In this document: positions 10,886 through 21,940 of the stretch, piece after piece
How the letters are laid out: the number at the start of each line of letters is the position of its first letter
Numbering within the stretch: the first letter of the stretch is position 1
Source of the DNA: an uncultured delta proteobacterium
GTDB lineage: Bacteria > Desulfobacterota > Binatia > Bin18
DNA length: 64,000 nt
Assembly: GCA_963733195.1 (NCBI GenBank)
Contig: CAVTCR010000059.1
Location: 64,001 to 128,000 of the forward strand
Direction: 5' to 3'
Notes under the pieces: generated by a model
The model's input: the letters and a program-made list of their open reading frames with translations, nothing else
Databases searched by the model: none
Told to the model about the DNA's origin: nothing
Translations under genes and position numbers: made by a program

Positions 10886-11052
10886 TGTCACCCTGAACGA
10901 AGTGAAGGGTCTCTCAGAGAGACCTGTCCTGCCTGCGCCAGTGCCGCAGGCACAGGTGAGCCTGTCGAAGGATTCTTCGTGAAGCCTGTCCTGTGGCCAG
11001 GCGCAGGCACAGGTGAGCGTAACGAAGTGGAGTCGAAGGGCTCAGAATGACA
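10886..11052. repeat. TGTCA...TGACA palindromic element carrying two nested insertions
   Basis: Outer parts match the reverse complement of the empty copy at 59758-59818; inserts at 10923-10972 and ~10985-11040. Confidence 0.85.
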
Positions 11053-11122
11053 TGGCCGAGTGGTCGCATCAGAAAGTGTACGAATGTCATGCATTCTGGT
11101 TTCGTGATCAACCAGTTGTTGG

Positions 11123-12961
11123 GTGCGGCTGCGTATGAATCGGCTTGCTGTTTGTTGTATTCTCCTTCTCGTTTGTCCCCATTGTTTGTGGGCTGTTCAG
11201 CTTGATGACCTTAATCCAGAAAAGAACTGGCGACTACAGCACCTGACGATCACTGGTAATGTCCACATCCCTACAAGTCAACTTCGCCAACAGATGTTGA
11301 GTAAAACACGGTCGTGGACTACGCCATGGAAGGCATTCCCTCGCTTTGATCCAGTGACTTTTGCGGCTGACATGACGCGCCTCAAGCGCTTCTATGAAAT
11401 GCAGGGTTACTATGAGGCTGTAGTGTCATACGATCTCTCGATAGATGAGCCGCGCAAAGGTATTACAGCGCAGGTGACGATTGATGAAGGCCAACCGGTT
11501 TACGTGCGTGAACTGTCTCTCTCCCTTCAGGACCAGCCTGCTCTGAGCTCTCTGCTTGAAACCGTACGTCCGTCGTTAGCCTTACAAGAAGGGGCAATAT
11601 TCAACGAGGAGCATTATCAGCAGAGTGAAGCCACTATCAGAACATTCTTCCTCGACCAGCATTATGGTCGGGTAAAGATCCAGCGATCAGCGCACGTTAT
11701 TCATGATCAACATGCGGCTCGCGTGCAGTACATGATTGAAGCTGGGCCACCGACAACCTTTGGTGAGACAACCGTTGAGGGAACTCGCCTTGTTGATCCA
11801 AACATCATCCTACGTGAACTCCGTTACAAGGCAGGCGACCCGTTTACCACCAAGGCGATCACGGATGCTCAGAAACGTATCACAAAACTTGACCTCTTTA
11901 GTTCAGTGCGATTTGTACCACAGGAATCGCCGGCGAATCCGAGCATTATCCCGTTACAGGTGCGCGTCATCGAGAAACCGTTTCGTGAATGGAAACTGGG
12001 CGTTGGCTATGGAACCGAAGATCAGGTACGAGGGTTAGTATATTGGCGTCATAACAATTGGTTTGGTGGGGGTCGACGGTTCGAGATAAAAGCAAAAGTA
12101 TCAATACTGACACGAGAGATCGAGGTCAATTTTTTTCAACCCTATGTCTTTGGAACATTGAATCGCTTTTCCTTAACCTTTCGCCCTCAACAACTCAACG
12201 AACCGAGTTATCTCCTCAATTCAACTCGCCTCCAACCCCGCCTCGAACGCGACTTTGGCACTACGGTGACTGGCTTTGTTGCGTATCGGTTGGAGTATGA
12301 TCGATTGAACGACGTAAAGGAAGCGACGAAAAGAGAACTGCGGGAGTTCGTGCGGAAGGGCGTGCTTTCGGGTCTCTCGATTGGCGGTGTCTGGAATACG
12401 ACTGACAATCCACTGGATGCAACCCAGGGAAGTTTTTTCTCGATGCTGGCTGAGCAAGTCGGTGGTCCGTTGGGCGGAGATTTTAACTTCCTGAAGCTGG
12501 TATGGGAAGCTCGGCATTACCGCAAGATATACACAGATACGATACTCGCTGGTCGTCTTAAGCTTGGCGTTGCCGATCCGGTTAGTCATCACGATGAGGT
12601 ACCGCTGTTTGAACGATTTTATGCTGGTGGCGCGAACAGTGTTCGTGGCTATGGACGCTATCGGCTTGGACCGATATCAACCTCCAATGATCCAGTGGGT
12701 GGTCGCAGTGTAATCGAAGGGTCGCTTGAATTGCGCTACCGGTATTCTGACCAGATAGGCACTGCCGCCTTTATCGACTTTGGTCAAGTGTCGAAGCGCA
12801 CTCTTTCAATCCCGATCGATGATCTACGTTTTTCCTTAGGCTTTGGTGTACTATACACGACACCCATCGGGCCTCTCCGACTTGACCTCGGCTTTCCTCT
12901 TGATCCACCACGTGACGATCAACCATGGCAAATTCACTTTAGTATCGGGCAGTTTTTTTAG
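11123..12961 (+). CDS. tamA: Omp85-family outer membrane protein (TamA-like)
   Basis: Signal peptide, POTRA repeats, RFYAGGANSVRGY, TPIGPLRLD, C-terminal F. Confidence 0.9.
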   Translation: MRLRMNRLAVCCILLLVCPHCLWAVQLDDLNPEKNWRLQHLTITGNVHIPTSQLRQQMLSKTRSWTTPWKAFPRFDPVTFAADMTRLKRFYEMQGYYEAVVSYDLSIDEPRKGITAQVTIDEGQPVYVRELSLSLQDQPALSSLLETVRPSLALQEGAIFNEEHYQQSEATIRTFFLDQHYGRVKIQRSAHVIHDQHAARVQYMIEAGPPTTFGETTVEGTRLVDPNIILRELRYKAGDPFTTKAITDAQKRITKLDLFSSVRFVPQESPANPSIIPLQVRVIEKPFREWKLGVGYGTEDQVRGLVYWRHNNWFGGGRRFEIKAKVSILTREIEVNFFQPYVFGTLNRFSLTFRPQQLNEPSYLLNSTRLQPRLERDFGTTVTGFVAYRLEYDRLNDVKEATKRELREFVRKGVLSGLSIGGVWNTTDNPLDATQGSFFSMLAEQVGGPLGGDFNFLKLVWEARHYRKIYTDTILAGRLKLGVADPVSHHDEVPLFERFYAGGANSVRGYGRYRLGPISTSNDPVGGRSVIEGSLELRYRYSDQIGTAAFIDFGQVSKRTLSIPIDDLRFSLGFGVLYTTPIGPLRLDLGFPLDPPRDDQPWQIHFSIGQFF

Positions 12962-12990
12962 CATCGTGAGTAACAAGAAAGAAAAACACA

Positions 12991-15900
12991 ATGAGTGATG
13001 CTTCTCAACGACAAAACTACGGTCGGTTCGTTCGGTTCTTCAGGTGGACGGTCATCTTTGTTCTCGTGGGAATCATCACACTCGGTATCGGGCTCGGGAT
13101 GTACACGCAGACGGATCAGTTTCGCGTCTGGTTACGTGATCGAATAATTGTTGCGCTGCGCGAGACTGTGCACGGAGAGATTGAAATTGGACAAGTCAGT
13201 GGCTTCGTATGGAATGGATTGGTGTTTCACAACCTGTCGATCCGAGATGCGACTGGGGAGGTGTTACAGATTCCACAGGCGACAGTCGCTTTCAAACTCC
13301 TGTCGCAGATACGTCTGGTGCTAGAGTCATCGACCTTTCGTGTTGATGAAGTCACGATCCAATCCCCGACGCTACACGTCACAGAAAAACCAGAGGGAGT
13401 GTGGAACGTCAGTCAGTTGTTCATGTCCTCAACCGAGACTGTAGAGCCACCCAAGTTTCAGTTCTTCATCGACCGAATACATATCGATAATGGTTCTGTC
13501 CTCGTTGAATCTTATGACCGAAAGACGATCCACATAAATGGGATAACGACCGAGGGACGATTGGCGCAGACGTTGGATGCTCTGGAAGTTGACGTCAATC
13601 CCGTGTCCTTTCATGTAGAGTATCCTGCTTTCCCCTCGATGACGTGGACAGGCGGCGTAACCTATACACATACTGATTCAACCTCTGCTTTTGCTTTGCA
13701 GGAGGTAACACTGCGCACGGCTGACTCGCAGCTTCAGGTATCAGGTACAGTAGAGAATCTTGCCGCTCCGCTCTTTGATCTCACCGCTGAGGTATCCCGA
13801 GTGTCAGCATCAGAACTACGAGCGTTGCTTCCCGCAAGTCTGCTTCAGCAAGATCTCTCTGGTCGTGTTCGGCTTAATGGGTCCCTACAAAACCTAACGG
13901 CAAAAACAGACCTCCAAGCGCCAGATGGCAAAGCAACTGCGATAGTCAAAGTTGACCTACAGAAATCTCCTCCACACTACGAAGCTGCAGTCGATCTCGA
14001 CCACGTCACTATTGATAAAGTAGTGCAAGTTACGGACGTACAAGGCGAGGTTTCTGGACACATTGATTTCACCGGAACAGATCTAGATTCTGGTAAAGTC
14101 TCATTTGCTTTGCGTCCAACGAAACTTGTTGTGGTCAATCGCGCTGTAGGAGACGGCGAACTCGCAGGTTCGATCGTCAATAGACGGATTATCTCGAGCG
14201 GGAAAACGCATGGACAGATTGGCCACATACAGTGGAACGGTTGGTTTGAGCTTGGGTCTCCGCTTTCTTACGAAGGGACCGTAGAGGTGCGCGATTGCGC
14301 AGTCGTCAATGTAACCAAACAACCCCTGGCGATAGGTGAGACAACGATCAACGCAGACGCATGGGTTTCTGGTCGTGGGACAACGTTGCAAGATCTGGTA
14401 GGCAATGCACGTATCACGCTACTACCTTCCCGCGTGGGTAGCGTTAGCAACGTGTACGGGAGTGCGGTGGGATCGTTCCAGCAGCAACAGTTGACGCTTG
14501 AGCACTTGTCGTTGGTGGCGGATGATACGACTGTACATGTACAGGGGCAGGTCGAAGATCTATCGAGTCAGTCGCCGCGCGTAACCATCAAGTATAATGC
14601 GCAAACTCAAGATGTTACCCCGTGGCTCAAGCAGGTCGGTTATCAAGGGCAAGGAGCGATCAGTCTTACTGGTACCGCAACTGGCCCCCTAAATAAACTC
14701 GCTGTGACCGGAACGGCTAGTGGAAACGCCCTTCGCTGGCAGCAAACCACAATACAAAACGGAACGGCAACGTACCGTCTTCATGCCGTTGGTCAGGCTG
14801 ATGCGCACGGTGAAGTGACAGCGTCAGTACAACAGCTTGAAGCTGGAGAAACCTGGCGTAATGCGGCGGTCGAGGTTGCAATCATGCGTGTGCAACCACT
14901 AGAAGTACAAACCACAATTCGTGCCGAGGGTACACAGGTCAAGAGCCTTCGGACACAGGTGCATGTCCAACAAAAACCAACCCAATGGGACGTAGGGGTA
15001 CAAGGCCTGACGTTGCAACTTTCCAATGGCGTCTGGACACAACCTCAACCAGCTTTGTTGACCGTACGCGTAGCACAGGGTGCCCAAGTTGCGGTTGATC
15101 AGTTCACTCTCCAACGAGGTGCTCATGCAATCTCCGTTTCCGGTACGCTGGAAGAACAGGGTTCACAGAATATCCAAATGCAAGTTACGCAGTTACCGTT
15201 TGCAGACCTCCGCCCCTTCATTCCCTCTCTCCCTCAGGTTAACGGTAACGTAAATGCCAGCCTTCATGTTACAGGAACACTGACGAGCCCAGAGGCCACC
15301 GCCAACATCACAACGAGTCCGATTACTGTCTATGATCAGTCGTATGCCGGACTGACCAGTCACGCGACCTATCAAGATGAAAAACTCACTCTCAATGCAA
15401 TCTTTCGCCAAGACTCGACGCATGCGTTGACCCTAGAGGGAATGCTACCTGTCTCATTACAGTTGCGCGGCGAGTCTCCGGTCTCGCGCATGGGTGATGC
15501 AGATCTTCGACTTCATTCAGAAGGCGTGAGCATTGAGGTACTCAGACTTGCCACGGGTGATGAGGTGCAAGATCTGGAGGGGATCGCGCGCATAGACCTT
15601 TCTCTTCGGGGCCCGTTGTCAGCGTTACGTCCCTCAGGAGTGGTACAACTCCGTGGGGGGAAGGCGCGACTTGCCACGCTTGATGTCTCTCTGAAAGAGG
15701 CTGAGGCAGAGGTGGATATCACTCCGGAGTTTCTTGACCTTCGCCAATTCACTCTATCTGCGGGACAAGGAAAAGTAACCGGGAACGGACGGATCGCTTT
15801 GCAACAATACACGCCTGGTGATGTCGCACTTACCTTTGTTGCTAAAGAATTCCCAGTGGTCAATAAGCGCCGTTATAAAGCAGCCGTGTCTGGTCAAATT

Positions 15901-16845
15901 ACCTGCTCAGGCTCGCTCGAGGCTCCTGTCGTACAGGGCTCGCTGAAACTTGAAGACACGACGCTGCGTCCAGCTCTGTCACTTCTGAAAAGTGGTTTGC
16001 CACCACGTGATCCGACGATTACTGTCGTGCAGACTGAGCAAGACTTGACTGTAACATCCTCATCTGAGTCATTATCCGAGAAGTTGAAGAGCGAGCTGGC
16101 ACTCCCACCGACTCCTGGACTGTTACAACGACTGGCAGCGGATATCACTGTCAGGATTCCACGCGATACCTGGGTCCATATGGATGAAGGATCAATCGAA
16201 CTCACCGGAGAACTTCGAGTGACGAAAAAGATTTATGAAGAGCCAACCTTAAGCGGTGCACTTGAGACAGTCCGCGGATGGTATGCCTTTCATGGCCGCA
16301 AGTTCCAGATCGAGCAAGGCCGGATTACGTTTTCGGGTAATCTCCCCATCGATCCGAGCCTGGATGTCGTTGCGCGTTATACTGTTGCGCCTTACGATGT
16401 CGATGTCGTGTTGGGGGGTACCGCACGCACCCCAACCTTAGAGCTGCGCAGCAATCCCATGCTAGAAGAGGCAGATATTCTGTCAGTACTGATCTTTGGT
16501 AAACCGGCGAGTGGCCTCAGCGATAGTGAGCAAGCATCTCTCCAGGGACAAGCGATCCAAGCAACAGCTGGTTATGTGGCTTCTGGATTACGTCGATCGA
16601 TTGCCAATAAACTGGGGGTCGATAACCTTGAGTTCGATATGGGGCAAAGCATTGGGCAAGGAGAGGTGAGTGTAGGGAAGTATGTCCTCAAGGATGTCTA
16701 TGTAACGACCTCACAACACCTCGGCGAAGAACATGAACAAGAAGTATCCCTTGAGTATCAAATCAACCGCCAGTGGCAGGTGAAAGGAACAACCACCTCG
16801 CACGGAACGAGTGGCGTCGATATATTCTGGCAGAAGCGGTACTGA
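12991..16845 (+). CDS. tamB: Translocation and assembly module TamB
   Basis: N-terminal anchor, long beta-rich body, DUF490-like C-terminus; follows tamA. Confidence 0.88.
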   Translation: MSDASQRQNYGRFVRFFRWTVIFVLVGIITLGIGLGMYTQTDQFRVWLRDRIIVALRETVHGEIEIGQVSGFVWNGLVFHNLSIRDATGEVLQIPQATVAFKLLSQIRLVLESSTFRVDEVTIQSPTLHVTEKPEGVWNVSQLFMSSTETVEPPKFQFFIDRIHIDNGSVLVESYDRKTIHINGITTEGRLAQTLDALEVDVNPVSFHVEYPAFPSMTWTGGVTYTHTDSTSAFALQEVTLRTADSQLQVSGTVENLAAPLFDLTAEVSRVSASELRALLPASLLQQDLSGRVRLNGSLQNLTAKTDLQAPDGKATAIVKVDLQKSPPHYEAAVDLDHVTIDKVVQVTDVQGEVSGHIDFTGTDLDSGKVSFALRPTKLVVVNRAVGDGELAGSIVNRRIISSGKTHGQIGHIQWNGWFELGSPLSYEGTVEVRDCAVVNVTKQPLAIGETTINADAWVSGRGTTLQDLVGNARITLLPSRVGSVSNVYGSAVGSFQQQQLTLEHLSLVADDTTVHVQGQVEDLSSQSPRVTIKYNAQTQDVTPWLKQVGYQGQGAISLTGTATGPLNKLAVTGTASGNALRWQQTTIQNGTATYRLHAVGQADAHGEVTASVQQLEAGETWRNAAVEVAIMRVQPLEVQTTIRAEGTQVKSLRTQVHVQQKPTQWDVGVQGLTLQLSNGVWTQPQPALLTVRVAQGAQVAVDQFTLQRGAHAISVSGTLEEQGSQNIQMQVTQLPFADLRPFIPSLPQVNGNVNASLHVTGTLTSPEATANITTSPITVYDQSYAGLTSHATYQDEKLTLNAIFRQDSTHALTLEGMLPVSLQLRGESPVSRMGDADLRLHSEGVSIEVLRLATGDEVQDLEGIARIDLSLRGPLSALRPSGVVQLRGGKARLATLDVSLKEAEAEVDITPEFLDLRQFTLSAGQGKVTGNGRIALQQYTPGDVALTFVAKEFPVVNKRRYKAAVSGQITCSGSLEAPVVQGSLKLEDTTLRPALSLLKSGLPPRDPTITVVQTEQDLTVTSSSESLSEKLKSELALPPTPGLLQRLAADITVRIPRDTWVHMDEGSIELTGELRVTKKIYEEPTLSGALETVRGWYAFHGRKFQIEQGRITFSGNLPIDPSLDVVARYTVAPYDVDVVLGGTARTPTLELRSNPMLEEADILSVLIFGKPASGLSDSEQASLQGQAIQATAGYVASGLRRSIANKLGVDNLEFDMGQSIGQGEVSVGKYVLKDVYVTTSQHLGEEHEQEVSLEYQINRQWQVKGTTTSHGTSGVDIFWQKRY

Positions 16846-16863
16846 TGTTTCATTGTTCCGCTT

Positions 16864-17120
16864 TTCGTAATGACGGAGAGGGAAGTCATTGCGAGTTGTC
16901 CATAGTGCGGGCGCTAAGCGTGGAGGGAGAAACTGGATGCTCCTGGATTCCGGGTCGCGGCCTGCGGCCTTGCCCGGAATGACGGGCTAGTTGTTTTCGT
17001 CATTCCAGCTTCGGCAAGCTCAGGATAAATCCAGCTGGAATCCAGGGGGCAGTGGGCGGAGCATTTTGTTTCTGAGCAGCGCAGCGAAGCAATCTCGTTT
17101 CTTTTTCGCGTGAATGACAT
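16864..17120. repeat. Cluster of nested GTCATTGCGAG- and GTCATTCC-type palindromes
   Basis: cctggattccggg...cccggaatgac, gtcattccagc[ttcggcaagctcaggataaa]tccagctggaatccag, and split gtcattgcgag...gcgaagcaatctc. Confidence 0.75.
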
Positions 17121-17165
17121 CCTACTATTCAGTTCATCGTTCTCCTTGCGGTGAACAACTGAGGT

Positions 17166-17931
17166 TCAGACCCTCGCCAGAAACGCTTCCACCAGTTGCA
17201 TATATTCCGCCTGGTTACGATAGAAAATATCGTTGTGTCCACCGTGATCAAAAATCTTGAGCTGCTTCGGTTCCGCGCGCGACGGCATACAACATCTCCG
17301 CATGGCGAGCAGGAAGTAACTCATCGTGACGTGCATGCAGAATCAACGTTTGCCCATGAAAACTGCCGAGCTTCTGGGCGTAATCGAAATGCTTGCGCAA
17401 CTCTTCCATCACGTCTGACTTTAGGCAGACTCTAGCTCCTCAGGCGCAACGCGTTGGAAGAATCGTTCAGTAAGATCGGCAACGCCGCTCTCGATAATCA
17501 AACCACCAAGCTGCGGTCGCTGGGACACACCGTGCAAGGCATACAGCGACCCAATCGAGCGACCAAAGAGAACAATCTTGTGATCAGGAATCTTCAAGCT
17601 CTGGATGATCGGAACAACATCTTCCAGCATAGCCTGCAAGAGCAGGAGTACCGCTCGACATGCCATAGCCACGGTATTCAGCGAGCAACACGTTACATCC
17701 GGCTCGAGTGATCCATTCGGGAAAGCTCGGCAAATAGTCAGCCACGACTTCGCCGTTGCCGTGAAAATACACGACCGTCTTCGCATCTGGATGAACGGCT
17801 TGGTAGTGGCATGCCAACCGACTACCATCCGCAGCTTCGACCCAATATGGATCGGGAAGAAACTCACGGCGCGGGAAAAAATAGCGACTGGAAACGATTG
17901 GGTGATCGAGAATCGGAGAAGTGTTGGGCAT
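17166..17931 (-). CDS. Alpha/beta hydrolase (frameshifted)
   Basis: VVYFHGNGE, EYRGYG, LFGRSIGS, GGHNDIF in successive frames. Confidence 0.85.
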
Positions 17932-17965
17932 AACAATTCCTTCTGACTTGTTTGGACGCTAGACT

Positions 17966-20900
17966 CTAGACGCCAGACTCTAGACTTGACAAAAGCGCTT
18001 TCGCCTCTTGCAAATCCTTGGTGTCAAACCCCTCAGTAAACCAGTTGTAGACCTCGGACAACAACTTGTGAGCTTCGTGTTGTTTGCCTTGTTGTTGCCA
18101 GAGACGAGCTAGACTCGTTGCCGCGCGCAGTTCCCAAGACTTGGCGTGTTGCGTACACGCTATTTCAATAGCCTTCCGAAAACATTCTTCCGCTTCTGAC
18201 TCCGGACTTCTGACCTCAGCCTGCGAAGTATCTTCGACTTTGAACTTTGAACCTTGAACGTTGAATTGTTGAAGCGCAAGCATTCCTTTCAGCCGATACA
18301 ACTCTGCTTCGTAGAAACGCTCGCCAGTTTTTTCTACGAGAGCCAATGCCTCGCCTAGCACGTTAATCCCATCTTTTATCTGCCCAGCTTTTCCATATAC
18401 CTCGACTAATAAGGCAAGAAAATGAGTACAACCAACCTCCGCCCCAGTGGCGCGCCAAGCCGCCATCCCCTGACGTATCTGTGCAATCCCTTCTTCCCTC
18501 TGACCTTGTTCGGACACCGCCCACCCTCTGAAAGCTATCCCCCATGGCAAGAGGCTCGTGAACCCTCGCTCAGTGGTAAAAGCAATTCCTTCCTCTGCCA
18601 TTTCCTGGACTATCTTCCATTCCTGGCGGAACTGATACAGCACAGGGACAAAGATTTGAGCAGTGCCAAAACTGAAGGGATGGGCCAGTTTTCGAGCTAG
18701 AGAGATAGCCTCCTGGCTCCTCTTCAAAGACTGGTCTGGATAGCCAAGGAGCCACAAGGTCCAGGCAATATATGACAATCCAGACACGGCGGGGTCAATC
18801 ACATAGAACAAAGCCACTGAATGATCTTGGTGCGATTCGTAAAGGGAGATGATCTGCTCCAAATGTGATCGGGCTGAAGTTAGCTCTCCTAAGAAATATA
18901 CAGTATTGCTCAGCGCTCGGTGAGCCTCTACAAGTAGAGAAGGATCGTTCGTACGCTGGGCCAGGGTTACACACTGCTCTCCCAGTTCACGGGCTATATG
19001 TAACTCCGCTCGTGCTGAGTAAAATCTATTAAGCTCCACAAGCACAGGAAAAATCTGGGGTGTTTCGCCGAGCTGCTGACACAGTTCTCGCGCTCGGGCG
19101 TAGGCCTTTTCCACACCTGGAACACCATAACCTTTCGCCATTGATGCAGAACCGTAGGCGATCTGTAGGGTGAGTTCTTGCTGAGCACGATCAAGGGTAT
19201 CTGGTAGAGTCTTAAGCAATTCCAGCGCCTTATCCAAATGACTAATTGCTTCTGCATTGGCCGAGCGTTGGCCGGCTTGCTGCCCCGCCTGTTGCCAATA
19301 CGGAATCGCCTGCTCAATCAGACTGGCCTCAGTGTAGTGATGCGCCAGGAGTTCCGGTTGCGTTTCCTTAGTTTGAGAGAACCGCCCTTCTAAAGTGTGA
19401 GCAATCTGCTGATGATACTGCTGCCGGGTGCTCTTAAGTAACGACTGATACGCCGTGTCTTGGATAAGGGCATGCTTGAAGAAATAGCGTGCCTGCTTGC
19501 CGATACCGCGTTGATACAAAATCTCTGCTTCGACTAACTTCTCTAAGGCGGCATGCAAGTCAGCTTCGCTCATCGGAGCCACTGCTTGGATGAGTTCATG
19601 GGAAAACTCCCGCCCTAATGTCGCCTCCAGTTGTGCGACTTGCCGGGCGGTAGAAAGACGATCGAGCCGCGCCAAGAGTGCTTCTTGGAGGGTCGCAGGA
19701 ATGGCCAACGTTCCTACCGTTTTTCCGCCCGGCCCCCCGTCTCCCTGTAACCTGTCCCCGAGCTTCCACTACACTCTTGGTTATCTCCTCGACAAACAAC
19801 GGAACCCCATCGGTTTTCACCCGAATTTGTTCGATCACTTCAGGCGATAACGCACTCCCTGCCGCCGCTCGGGCAATCATCGCTTCGACCTGATGTTTGC
19901 CAAGGCGATTGAGCACGAGTTGGGAGATATGCGAGCGAGGCTTCCACGACGGGATAAACTCCGGACGAAAGGTCAACACCAGCATTAATTTGGTCGTCGG
20001 AATCTGCTCGATAAGTAACGAGAGGAACTCTAGGGACGACGGGTCTACCCAGTGCAAATCTTCCCACACCGACACCGTCGCTTGTCGTTCCGCTTGCGCC
20101 ACCATCAATTGGAGTACCGCTTGTAGCGTCCGTTCCTTCTGTTTCTGGGGCGTTAGCGTCAGGGCGGATATTGTGGTGGCGTTGGCAACGACAGCAGCGC
20201 CGTGAACAGCGGCAAACTTTCTTGCATATCGTAGAGGGTGAGCGTTCGCTCCAGCTTCGTCAACCTTCTCCTCATCCGTGTCTTGGCGCGTCAACAATAG
20301 CGTGCGCTGCAGCACCTCAATCAGCGGATAGAACGCACTATGCTGATGATAGGGTGAGCAGCGGGCTTCAAACAGTAACGACCCTTCTTCTGTGACATGT
20401 TCTCTCAGCGTGTAGGCCAAGCGCGATTTGCCAATGCCCGGCTCGCCGCTGAGCAACACCACTTGCCCGCGCCCTTCCTTCACTTGTTCCCAGCGGTCGA
20501 TCAGTAAGCCGACTTCTTGTTCGCGGCCTACGAGTGGCGTTAACGTGCTGCTGCCCGGCCAGTGGTGAAGCGTTCTGCCGTTCACTCTGCACGTGGTAGA
20601 TGGCAATCGGCGTGTCGATGCCTTTGACGAGGTGCGAGCCAAAGGGTTGGCTCGCAAACTGTCCGTCAACCAGGCGCTGTGTGGCGGCGCTGATAATAAC
20701 CGTGTTGGGTTCGGCTAGCCCCTGAATTCGCGCCGCAACGTTCGGCGTCTCGCCCAGCGCGAGCAACTCGCGTTTCTCTTCGCTACCGATTTCACCAATG
20801 ACGACTAAACCGGTGTGAATGCCGATACGGACTTGTAGGGGCGACCAGCCGGTCGTCCCTACGGCCCTCTCACTCTGTCCTCCTGTGACTACGCGCAGGA

Positions 20901-21567
20901 CAGGCTCTCCCACGAGGGAGAGGGAACCCTCTTTTGTATGGTGGTAATTATTTCCAACCCCGCCCGCACGGCCCGCCGGGCATCATCCTCATGGGCGGTG
21001 GGATAGCCGAAGTACACTAACAACCCATCACCCAGATATTGTGCCAGGTAGCCTTCATGCCGCTGAATGATCTCGGCGCAGGTTTGCTGATACCGTTGCA
21101 CGACCACCCGGTAGTCTTCGGGGTCAAGCTGTGCGGACAACGCCGTCGAGCCGACCAGGTCACAGAACAGCACCGTCAATTGCCGTCGTTCCGCGGCGTC
21201 CAGTCTAGAGTCTTTCCGTCGAGGGTCTAGGATCGGAACAGTGGAAACTGGCTCTTGTTTCTTTGATGCTGGATTCTGGGCCGTGGACTCTAGATTCTGG
21301 ACTGCCTTCGCCGTTTCCTCTTGGGTGCTCGCGTTTCCGCCTTTATCCCTTATCCGTTTTCCCCTTATCCTCTTCGGTAGTGCCGACCCACACCAACACC
21401 TTGCCGTTTTCGTCTCGTGCAACTTGTTGTGCTTCGATCAGTTCATCTTTGAGCCCAGCGATATACTCCTCGTCCAATTGAAAGCGGAGTTTGAGTGCGC
21501 GGTAAGATACCCGCCCTTGGTGCTGTAAGAGCTCGACCACTTGTGTCAGGATTTCATCAAACTGCAT
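17966..21567 (-). CDS. Class III cyclase - STAND NTPase - TPR protein (paralog 2); frameshifted
   Basis: [51 protein letters not shown] array, C-terminal [18 protein letters not shown]. Confidence 0.93.
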
Positions 21568-21577
21568 GGCCCTGCTC

Positions 21578-21940
21578 CTACGGTTCTCCGATTACTTTCT
21601 TCGCCAGTCGATAGAATTCCGGGTCTTTGTTTGAGTCAGCGAGGGTTTTTACCGCAGACAGAAAGCTCTCTACCACGTGCTTATCTTCTCTGGTCACTCG
21701 CGCGACCTCTTCCATAATGGTCGGCACATCAAGTCCGGTTTTCTTCGCGAGGGTACTAAGCGAAGCTCTACCGGCTTGGTACTCTTCGACCGCATACGCG
21801 AGCAGCTCTTTCTTGGCTTGACGAGTGGCAAGGTGCGTCAGGTATCCAGTCTGACTGGTTTGCCGTAAGGCACACAGGCGTCGCAAAATCTCGTACTCTT
21901 CGTCTGTCAGCCGCACGGTTACTGTAGTTGTTTTTCTCAT
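21578..21940 (-). CDS. Putative antitoxin (RHH-like N-terminus plus UPF0175-like HTH)
   Basis: TVTVRLTDEEYE, AVEEYQAGRASLSTLAKKTGL; translationally coupled to the PIN gene. Confidence 0.75.
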   Translation of the reverse strand: MRKTTTVTVRLTDEEYEILRRLCALRQTSQTGYLTHLATRQAKKELLAYAVEEYQAGRASLSTLAKKTGLDVPTIMEEVARVTREDKHVVESFLSAVKTLADSNKDPEFYRLAKKVIGEP

